Assembly (NCBI GenBank): GCA_964458565.1
Contig: CAYWJO010000001.1
Span: 160,001-224,000 of the forward strand
Direction of reading: 5' to 3'
DNA length: 64,000 nt
Origin: an uncultured archaeon
GTDB lineage: Archaea > Asgardarchaeota > Thorarchaeia > Thorarchaeales > Thorarchaeaceae
In this document: one piece after another, positions 39,597-49,899 of the stretch
Numbering within the stretch: position 1 is the stretch's first letter
Layout of the letters: every line of letters starts with the position of its first letter
Notes under the pieces: generated by a model
The model's database searches: none
Seen by the model: only the letters and a program-made list of their open reading frames with translations
Told to the model about the DNA's origin: nothing
Made by a program: the position numbers and the translations under genes

Positions 39597-39920
39597 CTAC
39601 TTATTCTCACGTTCATCAAACCAATGACGAATCCAGGTGAGTGGTGCCTTAATAACAAGTCGAGGTCCGGAATAACGCATAACTCGCCTAATCATCTCTC
39701 GCCTTTCAGGATTATAGCAATGAATCGGACACTTTCGACAACTAGGTTTGTCTTCACCAAATTGGCAATAATCCAAACGTTTGTGGGCATATGATAAAAG
39801 CGAATCACACTCTACGCAAAGTTCGGTCTCGGATTTATCATGGTTACTTCTACAGAAGAATCCAATCATTTTTTCAACAGTATCTTTCTCTCTTTGTATT
39901 TTGGGTCCATTATTTGTCAT
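39597..39920 (-). CDS. YgbA (nitrous-oxide-stimulated promoter) family protein
   Basis: REK.T...MI..FC, C..C, CRKCPIHCY, MRYSGPR. Confidence 0.88.
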   Translation of the reverse strand: MTNNGPKIQREKDTVEKMIGFFCRSNHDKSETELCVECDSLLSYAHKRLDYCQFGEDKPSCRKCPIHCYNPERREMIRRVMRYSGPRLVIKAPLTWIRHWFDERENK

Positions 39921-39993
39921 TCAAGACCGATCCATAATTTGTAAGTGGATTAGGTCGGTAATAAATATGAAATCACCCTTAGGGTACAAGAAA

Positions 39994-40485
39994 TCAACTA
40001 GACTCTGATTGTTCTTCACTGGGTGAATCAATATCTGGAGTTTCTTCAGTATCCGCTTCTATAGGTTCTGATTCTTGTTTTTCTTTCTTCTCCTTGATGT
40101 TCATATCTAAAAATTCTTGTAGATTCTCCATCATTGGTACTTTCCCTGTTTGAATTGCCATGGGAATTGCAAAGAATAGAATCATCACTGCACCAGCAAC
40201 GAAGATGAAGTTATAAAATAATGGAATGAAGGGACCTAATACATAGAATATAACACCGATAAGCAATCCAATCCAAGCTTGGTTTACAGGGCGTTTCAAC
40301 GCAGAGGCAGCCGTAGCAAAACAAGTGAGGGTAAATCCAATCGTATTAAGAATTACACCTACAAATGAAATCCATCCAATGGTATAGAGACCAACTATCC
40401 ATATGGCTGCACCTACAAGAATACCCAATAGATTAGGGTCCGATATTATATCTTCAAGAAAGTTATTGTTACTCAAATCTGTCAC
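39994..40485 (-). CDS. Membrane protein, paralog of 41182-41517
   Basis: GAAIW..., GFTLTCFAT...LKRP..AW shared with the paralog. Confidence 0.65.
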   Translation of the reverse strand: MTDLSNNNFLEDIISDPNLLGILVGAAIWIVGLYTIGWISFVGVILNTIGFTLTCFATAASALKRPVNQAWIGLLIGVIFYVLGPFIPLFYNFIFVAGAVMILFFAIPMAIQTGKVPMMENLQEFLDMNIKEKKEKQESEPIEADTEETPDIDSPSEEQSESS

Positions 40486-40593
40486 CGAAGATATGAAAAA
40501 ATACTTTGAATATAATCTCTTTTATTTGGATTCTCTTCGGAGTATTATATCCGAATCTTTAGATATAGATTGAAGTTCGCTCATGAATAACTG

Positions 40594-40890
40594 GTGAAAC
40601 GTTTGGCGTATTGTGTGATGGTAAGGGGACCTTGCCGCGGGAATAGATGTGATTTTTGGGCAAGGATTAAGATTAGAAAGAAGAGCATCACAGAGTTGGT
40701 TGAAGAAGCCCAGGTCGTGATTATTCCGTGTCAAGATCAGGAGTCTATGAATCTTAGAACCGCATTAGATGAGTATTGGAAGGAATCGGGCATTAGTGAC
40801 ATGTACATACTATGTCTCGAAGAACCAGACCTATGTGAAAAGATTGCATCTGTAGAGGCGAAAATAAAGTATTCCAACTTGCATTCTTAG
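40594..40890 (+). CDS. Hypothetical Cys-containing protein
   Basis: 98-aa ORF with C...C....C motif. Confidence 0.45.
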   Translation: MKRLAYCVMVRGPCRGNRCDFWARIKIRKKSITELVEEAQVVIIPCQDQESMNLRTALDEYWKESGISDMYILCLEEPDLCEKIASVEAKIKYSNLHS

Positions 40891-40933
40891 AAGTACACAC
40901 AATATTCATGAAAGGTAATGAGAACCATATCTT

Positions 40934-41176
40934 ATGAGATTCGAGGGATATGCAACCTGTCCAGGGTGTGGTCATGATATGCGAATAGGAGATTTTGAAG
41001 GTTCACTGTTTCTAGGGGTTACTGATGAATCAACATTAGTCAATAAAGAAGATGGCATAACACCGGTTGACTCGTGTAATGATTTCAATGTCTTTAGAAT
41101 AATCTGTTCTGAATGTGCTCTGATATTCTATGCATCATCAATGGTGATGATGAGGATAGAGAATGCTGAGAGATAG
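40934..41176 (+). CDS. Small zinc-ribbon protein
   Basis: CPGCG...CSEC. Confidence 0.5.
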   Translation: MRFEGYATCPGCGHDMRIGDFEGSLFLGVTDESTLVNKEDGITPVDSCNDFNVFRIICSECALIFYASSMVMMRIENAER

Positions 41177-41181
41177 ACCAT

Positions 41182-41517
41182 TCATTCTCTACGTAATGCT
41201 AGGGGTACTGCAAAGAAGAGAAGCAATACATGACCGAGTACATAGACTGCGGGACCAATTATTGGTATCAGAGTCAGTGCCCAGAGCCCAATGAAGTGCA
41301 CAATCGCTCCCACTAACACGCCAGGCCAAGCTAAGTCAGTTGGTCGCTTCAAGGCATAAGCAGTTGTAGCAAAGCAAGTAAGAGTAAATCCCAATGTTAT
41401 TCCAAGGTATCCAAAGATACCAAATAATAACCCAACATACCATATAGCTGCGCCAAGAAAAATCAGTAGAAAATAGGGGTCCTTTCGTACTTCATTAAGA
41501 TATTTACTGAGAGGCAT
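41182..41517 (-). CDS. Small four-TM membrane protein
   Basis: Paralog of 39994-40485. Confidence 0.65.
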   Translation of the reverse strand: MPLSKYLNEVRKDPYFLLIFLGAAIWYVGLLFGIFGYLGITLGFTLTCFATTAYALKRPTDLAWPGVLVGAIVHFIGLWALTLIPIIGPAVYVLGHVLLLFFAVPLALRRE

Positions 41518-41607
41518 ATCATATCCTCTAACAATTCTGTATATCTAGTCTTTCCTGAGTGATGTGGCATCATAACCTGAGCGTATGCAGTATTGGAATG
41601 TGGAGAT

Positions 41608-43245
41608 TTATGGAATAGGAATCATGTTTCCTTGATTCAAAAGCCATTTTGAATCGAGAGCTCTTTTAACAGCCTGTATCTCCCTGATTCCTTCATCACC
41701 GTACATTACCTTCAAGAATTCACGTTTTAATTTTCCAATTCCGTGTTCTGCTGCTACAGTCCCGCCTAGTTCGACAGCTCTCTTTGCAAATGTCATATAA
41801 TTCTGCATGCCTTGGCTTGCTTCCTCATTGTTTCGTGGAAGCATATTTACATGCAGATGATTACTACCAATATGACCAAAGATAACATACTCCATACCCT
41901 GAGATTCTAGTGTCTGTCTATAGAATTTCAGATAATCACGTAAAGCTTCGTCAGGAACAGCCATATCAGTGCCTATTTTGTGGACTTCGTGATACTGTGC
42001 TTTTCTCATGGCAATTGTTGCATTAACAGTTTCAGGTACAAAGTGACGTACAGTTTTCATCTTCTGCAATTCTGTGTAATCCAGTCCAGCCCAGCTGGAC
42101 TCAGAAGAGGTGTTGTGTTTGTTCAATATTTCCTCAAGTCCCATGATTTTGTCTTCCATGTTCTCTTCAGTATAAGTGAACTCAAAGAATACAATTGCTT
42201 CCGTATCCTCACCCATTACTGGAACAGTGATTCCAGATGCAGCTGCTTTCTCCTTTATCATCGCTAGTGCATTAGGTCCAAAATATTCCAGAAACTCCAT
42301 CTTAACAGGGGTATCAGGAGCTCGGATATCATATACGAAGTTCACAGCGTCATCCTCGCTCTTAAAGAAAGCCATTACAGTCATAATGTTCTCGGGGAGT
42401 TTCATAAGACCTAATTCCGCTTCAGTAATAACCCCAAGGATTCCTTCAGATCCTATGAACAAGTCAATCAAATCCATATCGCGTTTTGCGTATAGTCCTG
42501 CAGCATTTTTAGTAGCTGGCATCTTGTATGATGGAACAGTAACCTCAATCACAGATTTATCAGCAAGCACGATTTCGAATTTTCCATTGTTAGCAAAAAC
42601 TTTACCTCTCTCGATATCAAGAGCATCACCATTCATCAGAATGACTCTAATTCTACATACCCAGTCACGGACTGCACCATAGCTAAAAGTCCTTGCACCG
42701 GATGCATTACATGCCACAACACCACCAATCCAAGCGCTCATTTCAGTTGGATCAACAGGAAAGGTGTAAACAGCAGTTTCTGACAAAAACTTCCTCAAGG
42801 ATTCCTTTTGTTCGGGCGTGCCTTTATCTTTGATAGACTCAAGTTTCTTCGATGAAATAGCCTTTACTAAATCTTCCAAAGTAGCTCCAGCTTGTGCACA
42901 AATTGAATAGAGCCCTTCATTCTCGTCGAAATTCATGTAAAGAAGGTCAGTCATTTTCTCGAGATTGACAACAATACCACCCAAGGGAACAGCAGCTCCT
43001 GTGAGACCTGTTCGCCCACCCTGAATTGTGACAGGAGTTCCTGAGGTATAGGCATCCTTCAAGATTGTTGCCAGTTCAGCCTCTGAACTTGGAAAGGTAA
43101 TCTTCTCTGTTTTCCCTTCAAAGCTATGACTCTCATCATCAAGATACAATGCATATGTGTCTGTGATTTCTGATTGATCCGTTACTGCTTTAACTCCTGA
43201 GAGGTCAACCAATTCGATCATTCGAGCTTCAATCATATTCGTCAT
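41608..43245 (-). CDS. FAD-linked oxidase (GlcD/D-lactate dehydrogenase family)
   Basis: GGRTGL.G, GSEGILG, FGHIG..HLH, AEHGIGK. Confidence 0.88.
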   Translation of the reverse strand: MTNMIEARMIELVDLSGVKAVTDQSEITDTYALYLDDESHSFEGKTEKITFPSSEAELATILKDAYTSGTPVTIQGGRTGLTGAAVPLGGIVVNLEKMTDLLYMNFDENEGLYSICAQAGATLEDLVKAISSKKLESIKDKGTPEQKESLRKFLSETAVYTFPVDPTEMSAWIGGVVACNASGARTFSYGAVRDWVCRIRVILMNGDALDIERGKVFANNGKFEIVLADKSVIEVTVPSYKMPATKNAAGLYAKRDMDLIDLFIGSEGILGVITEAELGLMKLPENIMTVMAFFKSEDDAVNFVYDIRAPDTPVKMEFLEYFGPNALAMIKEKAAASGITVPVMGEDTEAIVFFEFTYTEENMEDKIMGLEEILNKHNTSSESSWAGLDYTELQKMKTVRHFVPETVNATIAMRKAQYHEVHKIGTDMAVPDEALRDYLKFYRQTLESQGMEYVIFGHIGSNHLHVNMLPRNNEEASQGMQNYMTFAKRAVELGGTVAAEHGIGKLKREFLKVMYGDEGIREIQAVKRALDSKWLLNQGNMIPIP

Positions 43246-43349
43246 TTTCTGTCACCGTGGACTAGTACTTTCTCGATATTAAGTTGGGTTACACAACTGA
43301 TTTTATTCGTTACCCTATGACTATTTGATGTTACTAAGGAGAGTATTTC

Positions 43350-44252
43350 ATGCGTATTGCTGCAGTATCAGACATCCATGCTCGCCCAAATGGAGTGGAT
43401 AATGACCTTCTCAGAGCTATAAGAGAGAGAGTAACAGAATTCGATCCCGACGTCTTTATCATAGCTGGAGACATGAATGAGCAAATCAAGGAGTTGGAAC
43501 ACAATCTCTCAAAGGTTCGAGTGGATGGATGCAAAAATCTCTATGTTTCAGGAAATCATGATATCTGGTTTGAGGAAGACAAAGGGATAGGAAGTCTTGA
43601 GAAGTATTCTCATCTAATGAAAGAGGCTTGTGAGAGAAGTGGATTCGTACACCTTCCTGATGAACCATGTCTTGTAGAAGATATTGCCTTCATAGGTTCC
43701 ATCGGTTGGTATGACTACTCCTTTCGATGTGAGGATCTGGATATTCCTCTGGAAAATTATGAGATGAAACAATATCGAGACTCTTATTGGAGGGATCTCT
43801 ACTGCATTGATTGGTCATTGACTGACGTAGAAGCTACTTCTTTACTTAATCAAAAATTGATTTATGATTTGGAGACATTACCTGAAAGTGTGAAGTGCGT
43901 GGTATACATTTCACATCACCTTCCGTTTTTAGAACTAACTCTCTACAAAGACAGACTCCCATGGGATTTCTTTTCAGCTTTTATGGGAGCCGTATCTTCA
44001 GGAGAGATTTTGAAACAGGATTCTAGAGTAGTTTTGTCAATATCTGGACATAGTCACATTCGCAGCGTTTTGAAACTTGATTCACTCATGGCTCTCACAG
44101 TACCTGTTGGATATGGACGGCCTCACAAGGATGACCTCGATTCATTTGTGGACTCGGCAATTGCGGAAATAATCATCAGAGATAATGAAGTAGAGTTACT
44201 ACATTTTGTGGAGGGAGATCTCTGTCAAAACCTACCATATTCGTTCGGATGA
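43350..44252 (+). CDS. Calcineurin-like metallophosphoesterase
   Basis: SDIH, AGD, GNHD, HH, GHSH. Confidence 0.88.
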   Translation: MRIAAVSDIHARPNGVDNDLLRAIRERVTEFDPDVFIIAGDMNEQIKELEHNLSKVRVDGCKNLYVSGNHDIWFEEDKGIGSLEKYSHLMKEACERSGFVHLPDEPCLVEDIAFIGSIGWYDYSFRCEDLDIPLENYEMKQYRDSYWRDLYCIDWSLTDVEATSLLNQKLIYDLETLPESVKCVVYISHHLPFLELTLYKDRLPWDFFSAFMGAVSSGEILKQDSRVVLSISGHSHIRSVLKLDSLMALTVPVGYGRPHKDDLDSFVDSAIAEIIIRDNEVELLHFVEGDLCQNLPYSFG

Positions 44253-44349
44253 CGAACTCAAAAACTCGACACATTAATACGGAGGTCACGAATCTATCTA
44301 TAAATAGGTTTGATTATCGTATTCCGAGCTTAACTCAGTTGCAAGTGAA

Positions 44350-45771
44350 GTGAAGAAGACCATGATGAATAGAGAGGTTGGTGCTGAGATTGTCGCAGCC
44401 ATTATTGTTCTGGTGATGGCTATTGTTGCATTGGTATGGACAGTGCTAACTCAGGATCTCGGAATTCCAGTAATCATTGTATTCATCGGAACCTATGCAA
44501 TCATTAGTAGTGAGAAAGTAAACAGAACGGCTATGTCTCTACTTGGGATGGCTATTGTAGGAGTAGTCCTTTTCGTTGGCTTCAATATGGGACTAATAGG
44601 AGTTGAAAACCCCGACCATTCTATATTTCAGGAACTCATATTACATATTGAATGGGATACAATACTCTTTGTTACTGCGATGATGATAATAGTCAGCGTT
44701 GCTGGTGCATCTGGACTCTTTCAGTTCATCGCGCTTAACATTGCTGCACCTAGTGGAGGAGACCATAAGAAACTCTTCATTACGTTCCTGGTCTTCGTTG
44801 CGGGGATTAGTCTATTCTTTGATACAGTTTCAACTATGCTCATCATAGCACCACTTACAATTGAGATTTGTAAAGCACTGGAAATAGACTTCAAACCATT
44901 TCTTATATCTGAAGCAATCGTGTGTAATTTCTCCTCAATCCCCTCAATAGTTGGTGCAGTTCCCAATCTTGTTATTGCGGGCTACACCAATCTGGATGTT
45001 GGTTTTCTATTCGTTGTATTCATGCCCCTCTCAATTATCCTGTTTCTCGTCAGTCTACCAATTCTTCTACGATGGTATGGAAGTAAATTCGGAACTACTG
45101 ATCAATATCGCGTTGATGCGGTATTCTCAATTGACCCACATACAATGATCAAGGACGATCTTGAGTTCAAGGTCTCAGTAGTAGCCATTGTGGTTCTTAT
45201 TGTGGGATTTGCAATTGGTCCAACCTTGGGCATAATACCACTAATGGTGGCATTAGTTGTTGCAGCGTTTATGTTACTCCTATCACACGAGAGAGCTGAC
45301 GCTTTTCTGAATAAGGTGGGATGGGGGACAGTATTTTTCCTAGTTGGGCTCTTTGGACTTGTTGTTGCACTCGATTTGACAGGATTAATCAGAGCCCTTG
45401 CTGATTGGGTAGGGAATATTATAGGGACTAACGCCGCATTTGCCACAGTATTTCTGATTTGGATACCAGCGATGCTATCAGCCTTCCTCGACAATCTACC
45501 AGTATCCGCTGTATTAGCCCCGATTGCATTTGATTTGGCAACTCTTAGTCCTGTAATACCTCTCGCTCTTGTTTTCGCTGTTAACATTGGAGGATATATT
45601 TTCACACCCTTAGGGTCACCTGCAAACATGGTGGCAATTGGATTGTCAGAGACGGAGCATGATCCAATCCCCTTTATCGAGTTTATCAAGATAGGAACTC
45701 TGCTTGGATTGATTCATCTTGCTATCGGAAGTGGATATCTCCTGTTAGTCATGTTTCTATTAGGAGGCTAA
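44350..45771 (+). CDS. ArsB/NhaD (SLC13/P-protein-like) permease
   Basis: Multi-TM; VG.VPN, SAFLDNLP, NIGG..TPLGSPAN. Confidence 0.85.
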   Translation: MKKTMMNREVGAEIVAAIIVLVMAIVALVWTVLTQDLGIPVIIVFIGTYAIISSEKVNRTAMSLLGMAIVGVVLFVGFNMGLIGVENPDHSIFQELILHIEWDTILFVTAMMIIVSVAGASGLFQFIALNIAAPSGGDHKKLFITFLVFVAGISLFFDTVSTMLIIAPLTIEICKALEIDFKPFLISEAIVCNFSSIPSIVGAVPNLVIAGYTNLDVGFLFVVFMPLSIILFLVSLPILLRWYGSKFGTTDQYRVDAVFSIDPHTMIKDDLEFKVSVVAIVVLIVGFAIGPTLGIIPLMVALVVAAFMLLLSHERADAFLNKVGWGTVFFLVGLFGLVVALDLTGLIRALADWVGNIIGTNAAFATVFLIWIPAMLSAFLDNLPVSAVLAPIAFDLATLSPVIPLALVFAVNIGGYIFTPLGSPANMVAIGLSETEHDPIPFIEFIKIGTLLGLIHLAIGSGYLLLVMFLLGG

Positions 45772-45870
45772 TAGACAGAATATGTTTGCATTACAAATTC
45801 TAGAAAGAGATTCAGGAATATTCAGAACAGAACATCATTGGTTTCAATTTATTCAAAACGGTGACATAAG

Positions 45871-47163
45871 TTGGCTGCAGAATTAGTACTCATTGTGTTT
45901 GTAGGAACATACATTGCAATATCATCAGAAAAGGTGAACAGAACAGCTACCGCACTTCTGGGAATGGGTATTGCGGGATTGGTGCTCGTTGTCACAGGAA
46001 CTAGTACATTCACAGATGTCGTGAATACTGTAGAATGGCAAACAGTTCTTTTCGTGACTGCCATGATGATTATCGTAACAATTGCAGCAGGGTCAGGGAT
46101 GTTTCAATTTCTAGCAATTGAACTCACTCGACCGTCTCATGGTGAAACAAAGAAGTTGTTTGTATCATTTCTTGCGTTTGTCTTTGTTATCTCGTTATTT
46201 CTGGATACCACATCAACTATGCTAATAATGGCACCCCTAACAATAGAAGTCTGCAGGGCACTTGATATCGATTTTAGACCTTTCTTGATTTCTGAATCAG
46301 TGGTATGTAACTTTGCGTCTATTCCTTCAATTGTTGGTGCAGTCCCCAACCTAGTTATTGCAGAGGTTATAGCAGAAGAAGCAAGTGGGATATTTGATGC
46401 AGGTATAATGTTTGTTCTCTTAATGCCACTCTCGATAATTCTATTCGTAGTATCAATTCCAATCTTTCTGCGTTATTTCAGAGACCTATTAATTCCGGGA
46501 GATGATGAGCTCATTAACAATTTCCTATTGATAGATCCATCATATATGATTAGGTCAAAAAAGGACTTCTATGCATCAATAATTGGGATGGTTGTGCTTG
46601 CTCTTGGATTTACTATCGGACATAGTGTAGGATTTCAACCATCTATGATAGCAATCATTGTGGCTGCGTTTCTTCTGATTCTCACACGAGAATGGGTTGA
46701 CGATGTACTAAAAAAGGTGAATTGGGGAACAGTATTCTTTCTTGTAGGACTCTTTGGACTCGTAGCATCATTGGAGATAACAGGAGTCATTCATTGGCTG
46801 GCTGTAGCTGTAGGATCGTTTCTCGCAGATAATGAAGTTTTAGGGATTATATTCATGACATGGGTCCCCAGTCTGATATCTGGAGTGATTGACAACATAC
46901 CGGTTTCTACAGTTCTCGCACCGATAGCTGTAAGTCTAGTGACCATAAATCCGATATTACCGTATGTGTTGATATTTGCAGTAAACATAGGGGGTTTCTT
47001 ACTTCCAATCGGAGCACCAGCGAATATTCTAGCCATAGCATTTTCAGAAAAGGAACACAAGCCTATTCGTTTTGTTGATTTTGCAAAGATAGCTACCCCA
47101 CTGTCATTACTTATGTTGGCAATAGGTACAGGATGGTTTCTCTTGATTTCAGCTCTCTTTTAA
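45871..47163 (+). CDS. ArsB/NhaD permease, tandem paralog
   Basis: Collinear similarity to the upstream gene; IDNIP, NIGG..PIGAPAN. Confidence 0.85.
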   Translation: MAAELVLIVFVGTYIAISSEKVNRTATALLGMGIAGLVLVVTGTSTFTDVVNTVEWQTVLFVTAMMIIVTIAAGSGMFQFLAIELTRPSHGETKKLFVSFLAFVFVISLFLDTTSTMLIMAPLTIEVCRALDIDFRPFLISESVVCNFASIPSIVGAVPNLVIAEVIAEEASGIFDAGIMFVLLMPLSIILFVVSIPIFLRYFRDLLIPGDDELINNFLLIDPSYMIRSKKDFYASIIGMVVLALGFTIGHSVGFQPSMIAIIVAAFLLILTREWVDDVLKKVNWGTVFFLVGLFGLVASLEITGVIHWLAVAVGSFLADNEVLGIIFMTWVPSLISGVIDNIPVSTVLAPIAVSLVTINPILPYVLIFAVNIGGFLLPIGAPANILAIAFSEKEHKPIRFVDFAKIATPLSLLMLAIGTGWFLLISALF

Positions 47164-47362
47164 CAAGAGATGAAGGAGGCGTCTCCATTTCCGCCTATCT
47201 GCCCACCGGGAGGACAAACAACAGGTGGAATGTGACGCCAAAACGTGATGCTCACAATCGCCTAATAGTATTTTGGTCTAAGAGCTATTCATCTAATTGG
47301 TCAAAATGGTATTAAAAGGTAGAACTAAAGGTTTACAATGATTTTGTAGAGCTGCAAGCTTA

Positions 47363-47878
47363 TTGGTGAGGTCAACATTATTGCCGAAAAGAAGCAGGTG
47401 TCCATATTGTGACAGACTTTTCAGTCGTGACCAGATTGACAGCCACGTTTCTCGATGCAGAATAAAACCAGACACACAAAAAGTAGTCAAACGAATCCCT
47501 AGTAGAAAGAATATCATCGTTGATGGTAACAATGTGGCATACTATCTTGCACCAGAAGGAAAACCAAAATTATCTAATTTGTTACTAGCATTGAGAAGTC
47601 TTCAGTATGCGGGATATAGAGCTACGCTGGTTGTGTCTTCCGCTCTCAAGCACAAAATCGACAAACCAGAGGGACTAAAAGAGCTAATTATCACTAAAAA
47701 AATAATTGAAGCTCCTCGAGGGACAAATGATGATCTTCAAGTCATTCTCTTGGCTCGGAAGACAAATGCAGACATCGTTTCTAATGATAGGTACTTAGAG
47801 TGGCGCGATCGTCATCCATGGCTTGAATCAAGACTCCGGAGATATCGTATGACTCCTTCTGGACTTATTCTAACATGA
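47363..47878 (+). CDS. Zinc finger plus NYN/PIN (Zc3h12a-like) ribonuclease
   Basis: CPYC...H...C; IIVDGNNVA, DD..IL..A, IVSNDRY. Confidence 0.8.
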   Translation: MVRSTLLPKRSRCPYCDRLFSRDQIDSHVSRCRIKPDTQKVVKRIPSRKNIIVDGNNVAYYLAPEGKPKLSNLLLALRSLQYAGYRATLVVSSALKHKIDKPEGLKELIITKKIIEAPRGTNDDLQVILLARKTNADIVSNDRYLEWRDRHPWLESRLRRYRMTPSGLILT

Positions 47879-47960
47879 GTTATGGTGATAGAGCAAAAGC
47901 GTTAAAATCGCTCCATCTCCAGATGCAGTGTATCATATACTAACGGCTAGGTGAAATACT

Positions 47961-49736
47961 ATGCGAGTAAAGGAACTAAGAGAGATGTACTTGAGATTCT
48001 TCAAGGAAAAGAAGCATGCGATCATTCCTTCCGAATCATTAATTCCAGAACATGATCCTACAGCTCTCTTCACCTCAGCCGGTATGCATCCGTTAGTCCC
48101 ATTTCTTTTAGGACAACCACACCCACGAGGCAATCGTCTTGCTAACTGTCAGAAGTGCATTCGTACAACTGACATCGATGAGGTAGGTGATCCTACACAT
48201 CTGACATTCTTTGAGATGCTTGGTAATTGGAGTCTTGGTGACTATTGGAAGAAAGAAGCAATCACATGGAGCTACGAATTCCTCACTGATAAAAAGTGGC
48301 TGGGCTTTGATCCAGAGAAGCTATCTGTGACTATCTTCGCTGGCGATGAATATTCACCGCGTGATGATGAATCAATAGAACTCTGGAAGAGTGTTGGAAT
48401 CCCAGAAGAGAGAATATACCACCTTCCCAGGGAGGACAACTGGTGGGGACCAGTGGGGGATATAGGACCGTGTGGCCCCTGTACTGAGATGTTCATCGAA
48501 TTAGATAATGTTCCGGCTTGTGGACCTGAATGTAAACCAGGTTGTGAGTGTGGCCATTATTTCGAAGTATGGAATGATGTGTTTATGTTCTACAATCAGG
48601 TGGACGTGAACAAATTCGAGAAGCTAAAACAACATAATGTTGACACTGGCATGGGAGTTGAAAGAACTGCAGCCATGCTGCAAGGTGCTACTAAAGTATA
48701 CGACATTGAGACCTTTATCCCGCTTATCACTAAAATAAAAGAAAGGGCTGGAAAAGAGGAATACTCAGAAACCGATGAAACCTATGTCCACATAATCGCA
48801 GATCACATTAGAGCAGCAGTAATGATTATGGCTGATGACCGACAGATTGCACCATCCAATGTTGAACAAGGATATATTGTCCGTCGGTTGATACGAAAGT
48901 CAGTATTTAGTGCAGATCAACTTGGTTTGAATCCCGGATTCTTACCTGAACTGGTTGATCCAATTATTGAGATATATGAAGACTTGTATGATGAAGTAAA
49001 AAGAAATCGCGAATTCGTGATTAAAAATCTCAAAGACGAGGAGAGTAAGTTTCGGAAGACTTTGAATAAAGCGCTCAGAAAATTAAACAAAATACTCACA
49101 GAAACCGGAACAATCACAGGAGAGGATGCATTTCTTCTCTTTACAAGCTATGGACTCCCGTCAGAGATGACCAGAGAGATTGCCGAGGAAAATGGTATCA
49201 AAGTGGATATGAATGAGTTCCAAAAGCAATTCGAGGAGCACAGAGAGATTTCACGAACTGCAACACAGGGCAAGTTCAAGAGTGGGCTTGCTGATCACAG
49301 TGAGATTGTAACTAGGATGCACACAGCTACTCACATTCTTCAAGAAGCACTTAGAAGAGTTCTTGGCGACTCGGTTCAACAAATGGGCAGTAATATTACA
49401 CCTGAACGTCTGAGGTTTGATTTCTCATTCGACAGGAAATTGACTCAGGAAGAAATCAAGGAAGTAGAGGATCTAGTAAATGGAGTAATAACAGAGGATA
49501 TAGAAGTCACCCGAGAGATTATGGAATACGATACCGCAATAAAGGCAGGTGCTCTCGCATTCTTCAAGGAAACATATGATGATGAGGTTTCAGTTTACAG
49601 AGTCGGAGATTTTAGTATGGAACTTTGCGGGGGCCCACATGTGACACACACTGGAGTCATAGGCGTGTTTAAGATTGAAAAACAGAAGAAAATTGGAGCC
49701 AACATAGTCCGCATTCGTGCCGTCCTTGAGGGTTAA
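47961..49736 (+). CDS. alaS: Alanine--tRNA ligase, short form lacking C-Ala
   Basis: LFTSAGM, H.TFFEMLGNWS, GPCGPCTE, DTGMGVER, HTATH, ELCGGPH. Confidence 0.93.
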   Translation: MRVKELREMYLRFFKEKKHAIIPSESLIPEHDPTALFTSAGMHPLVPFLLGQPHPRGNRLANCQKCIRTTDIDEVGDPTHLTFFEMLGNWSLGDYWKKEAITWSYEFLTDKKWLGFDPEKLSVTIFAGDEYSPRDDESIELWKSVGIPEERIYHLPREDNWWGPVGDIGPCGPCTEMFIELDNVPACGPECKPGCECGHYFEVWNDVFMFYNQVDVNKFEKLKQHNVDTGMGVERTAAMLQGATKVYDIETFIPLITKIKERAGKEEYSETDETYVHIIADHIRAAVMIMADDRQIAPSNVEQGYIVRRLIRKSVFSADQLGLNPGFLPELVDPIIEIYEDLYDEVKRNREFVIKNLKDEESKFRKTLNKALRKLNKILTETGTITGEDAFLLFTSYGLPSEMTREIAEENGIKVDMNEFQKQFEEHREISRTATQGKFKSGLADHSEIVTRMHTATHILQEALRRVLGDSVQQMGSNITPERLRFDFSFDRKLTQEEIKEVEDLVNGVITEDIEVTREIMEYDTAIKAGALAFFKETYDDEVSVYRVGDFSMELCGGPHVTHTGVIGVFKIEKQKKIGANIVRIRAVLEG

Positions 49737-49815
49737 TTACTGAAAGCCCTATTTGCTCTCACTCCATCATATTCATCATACCACAATTTGTACTCATTGA
49801 ATCTATTTGGGTCGA

Positions 49816-49865
49816 AGAAGAATTTATAAATAAATTTTGTAATACATATTACGTAATACTATTAC
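49816..49865 (+). promoter_or_regulatory. BRE/TATA box followed by a tandem palindromic operator
   Basis: TTTATAAA at 49823-49830; GTAATA-CA-TATTAC and GTAATA-C-TATTAC at 49839-49865. Confidence 0.6.
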
Positions 49866-49899
49866 ATTTCACATAAAAGGAATGGACGGATAGGAGAAG

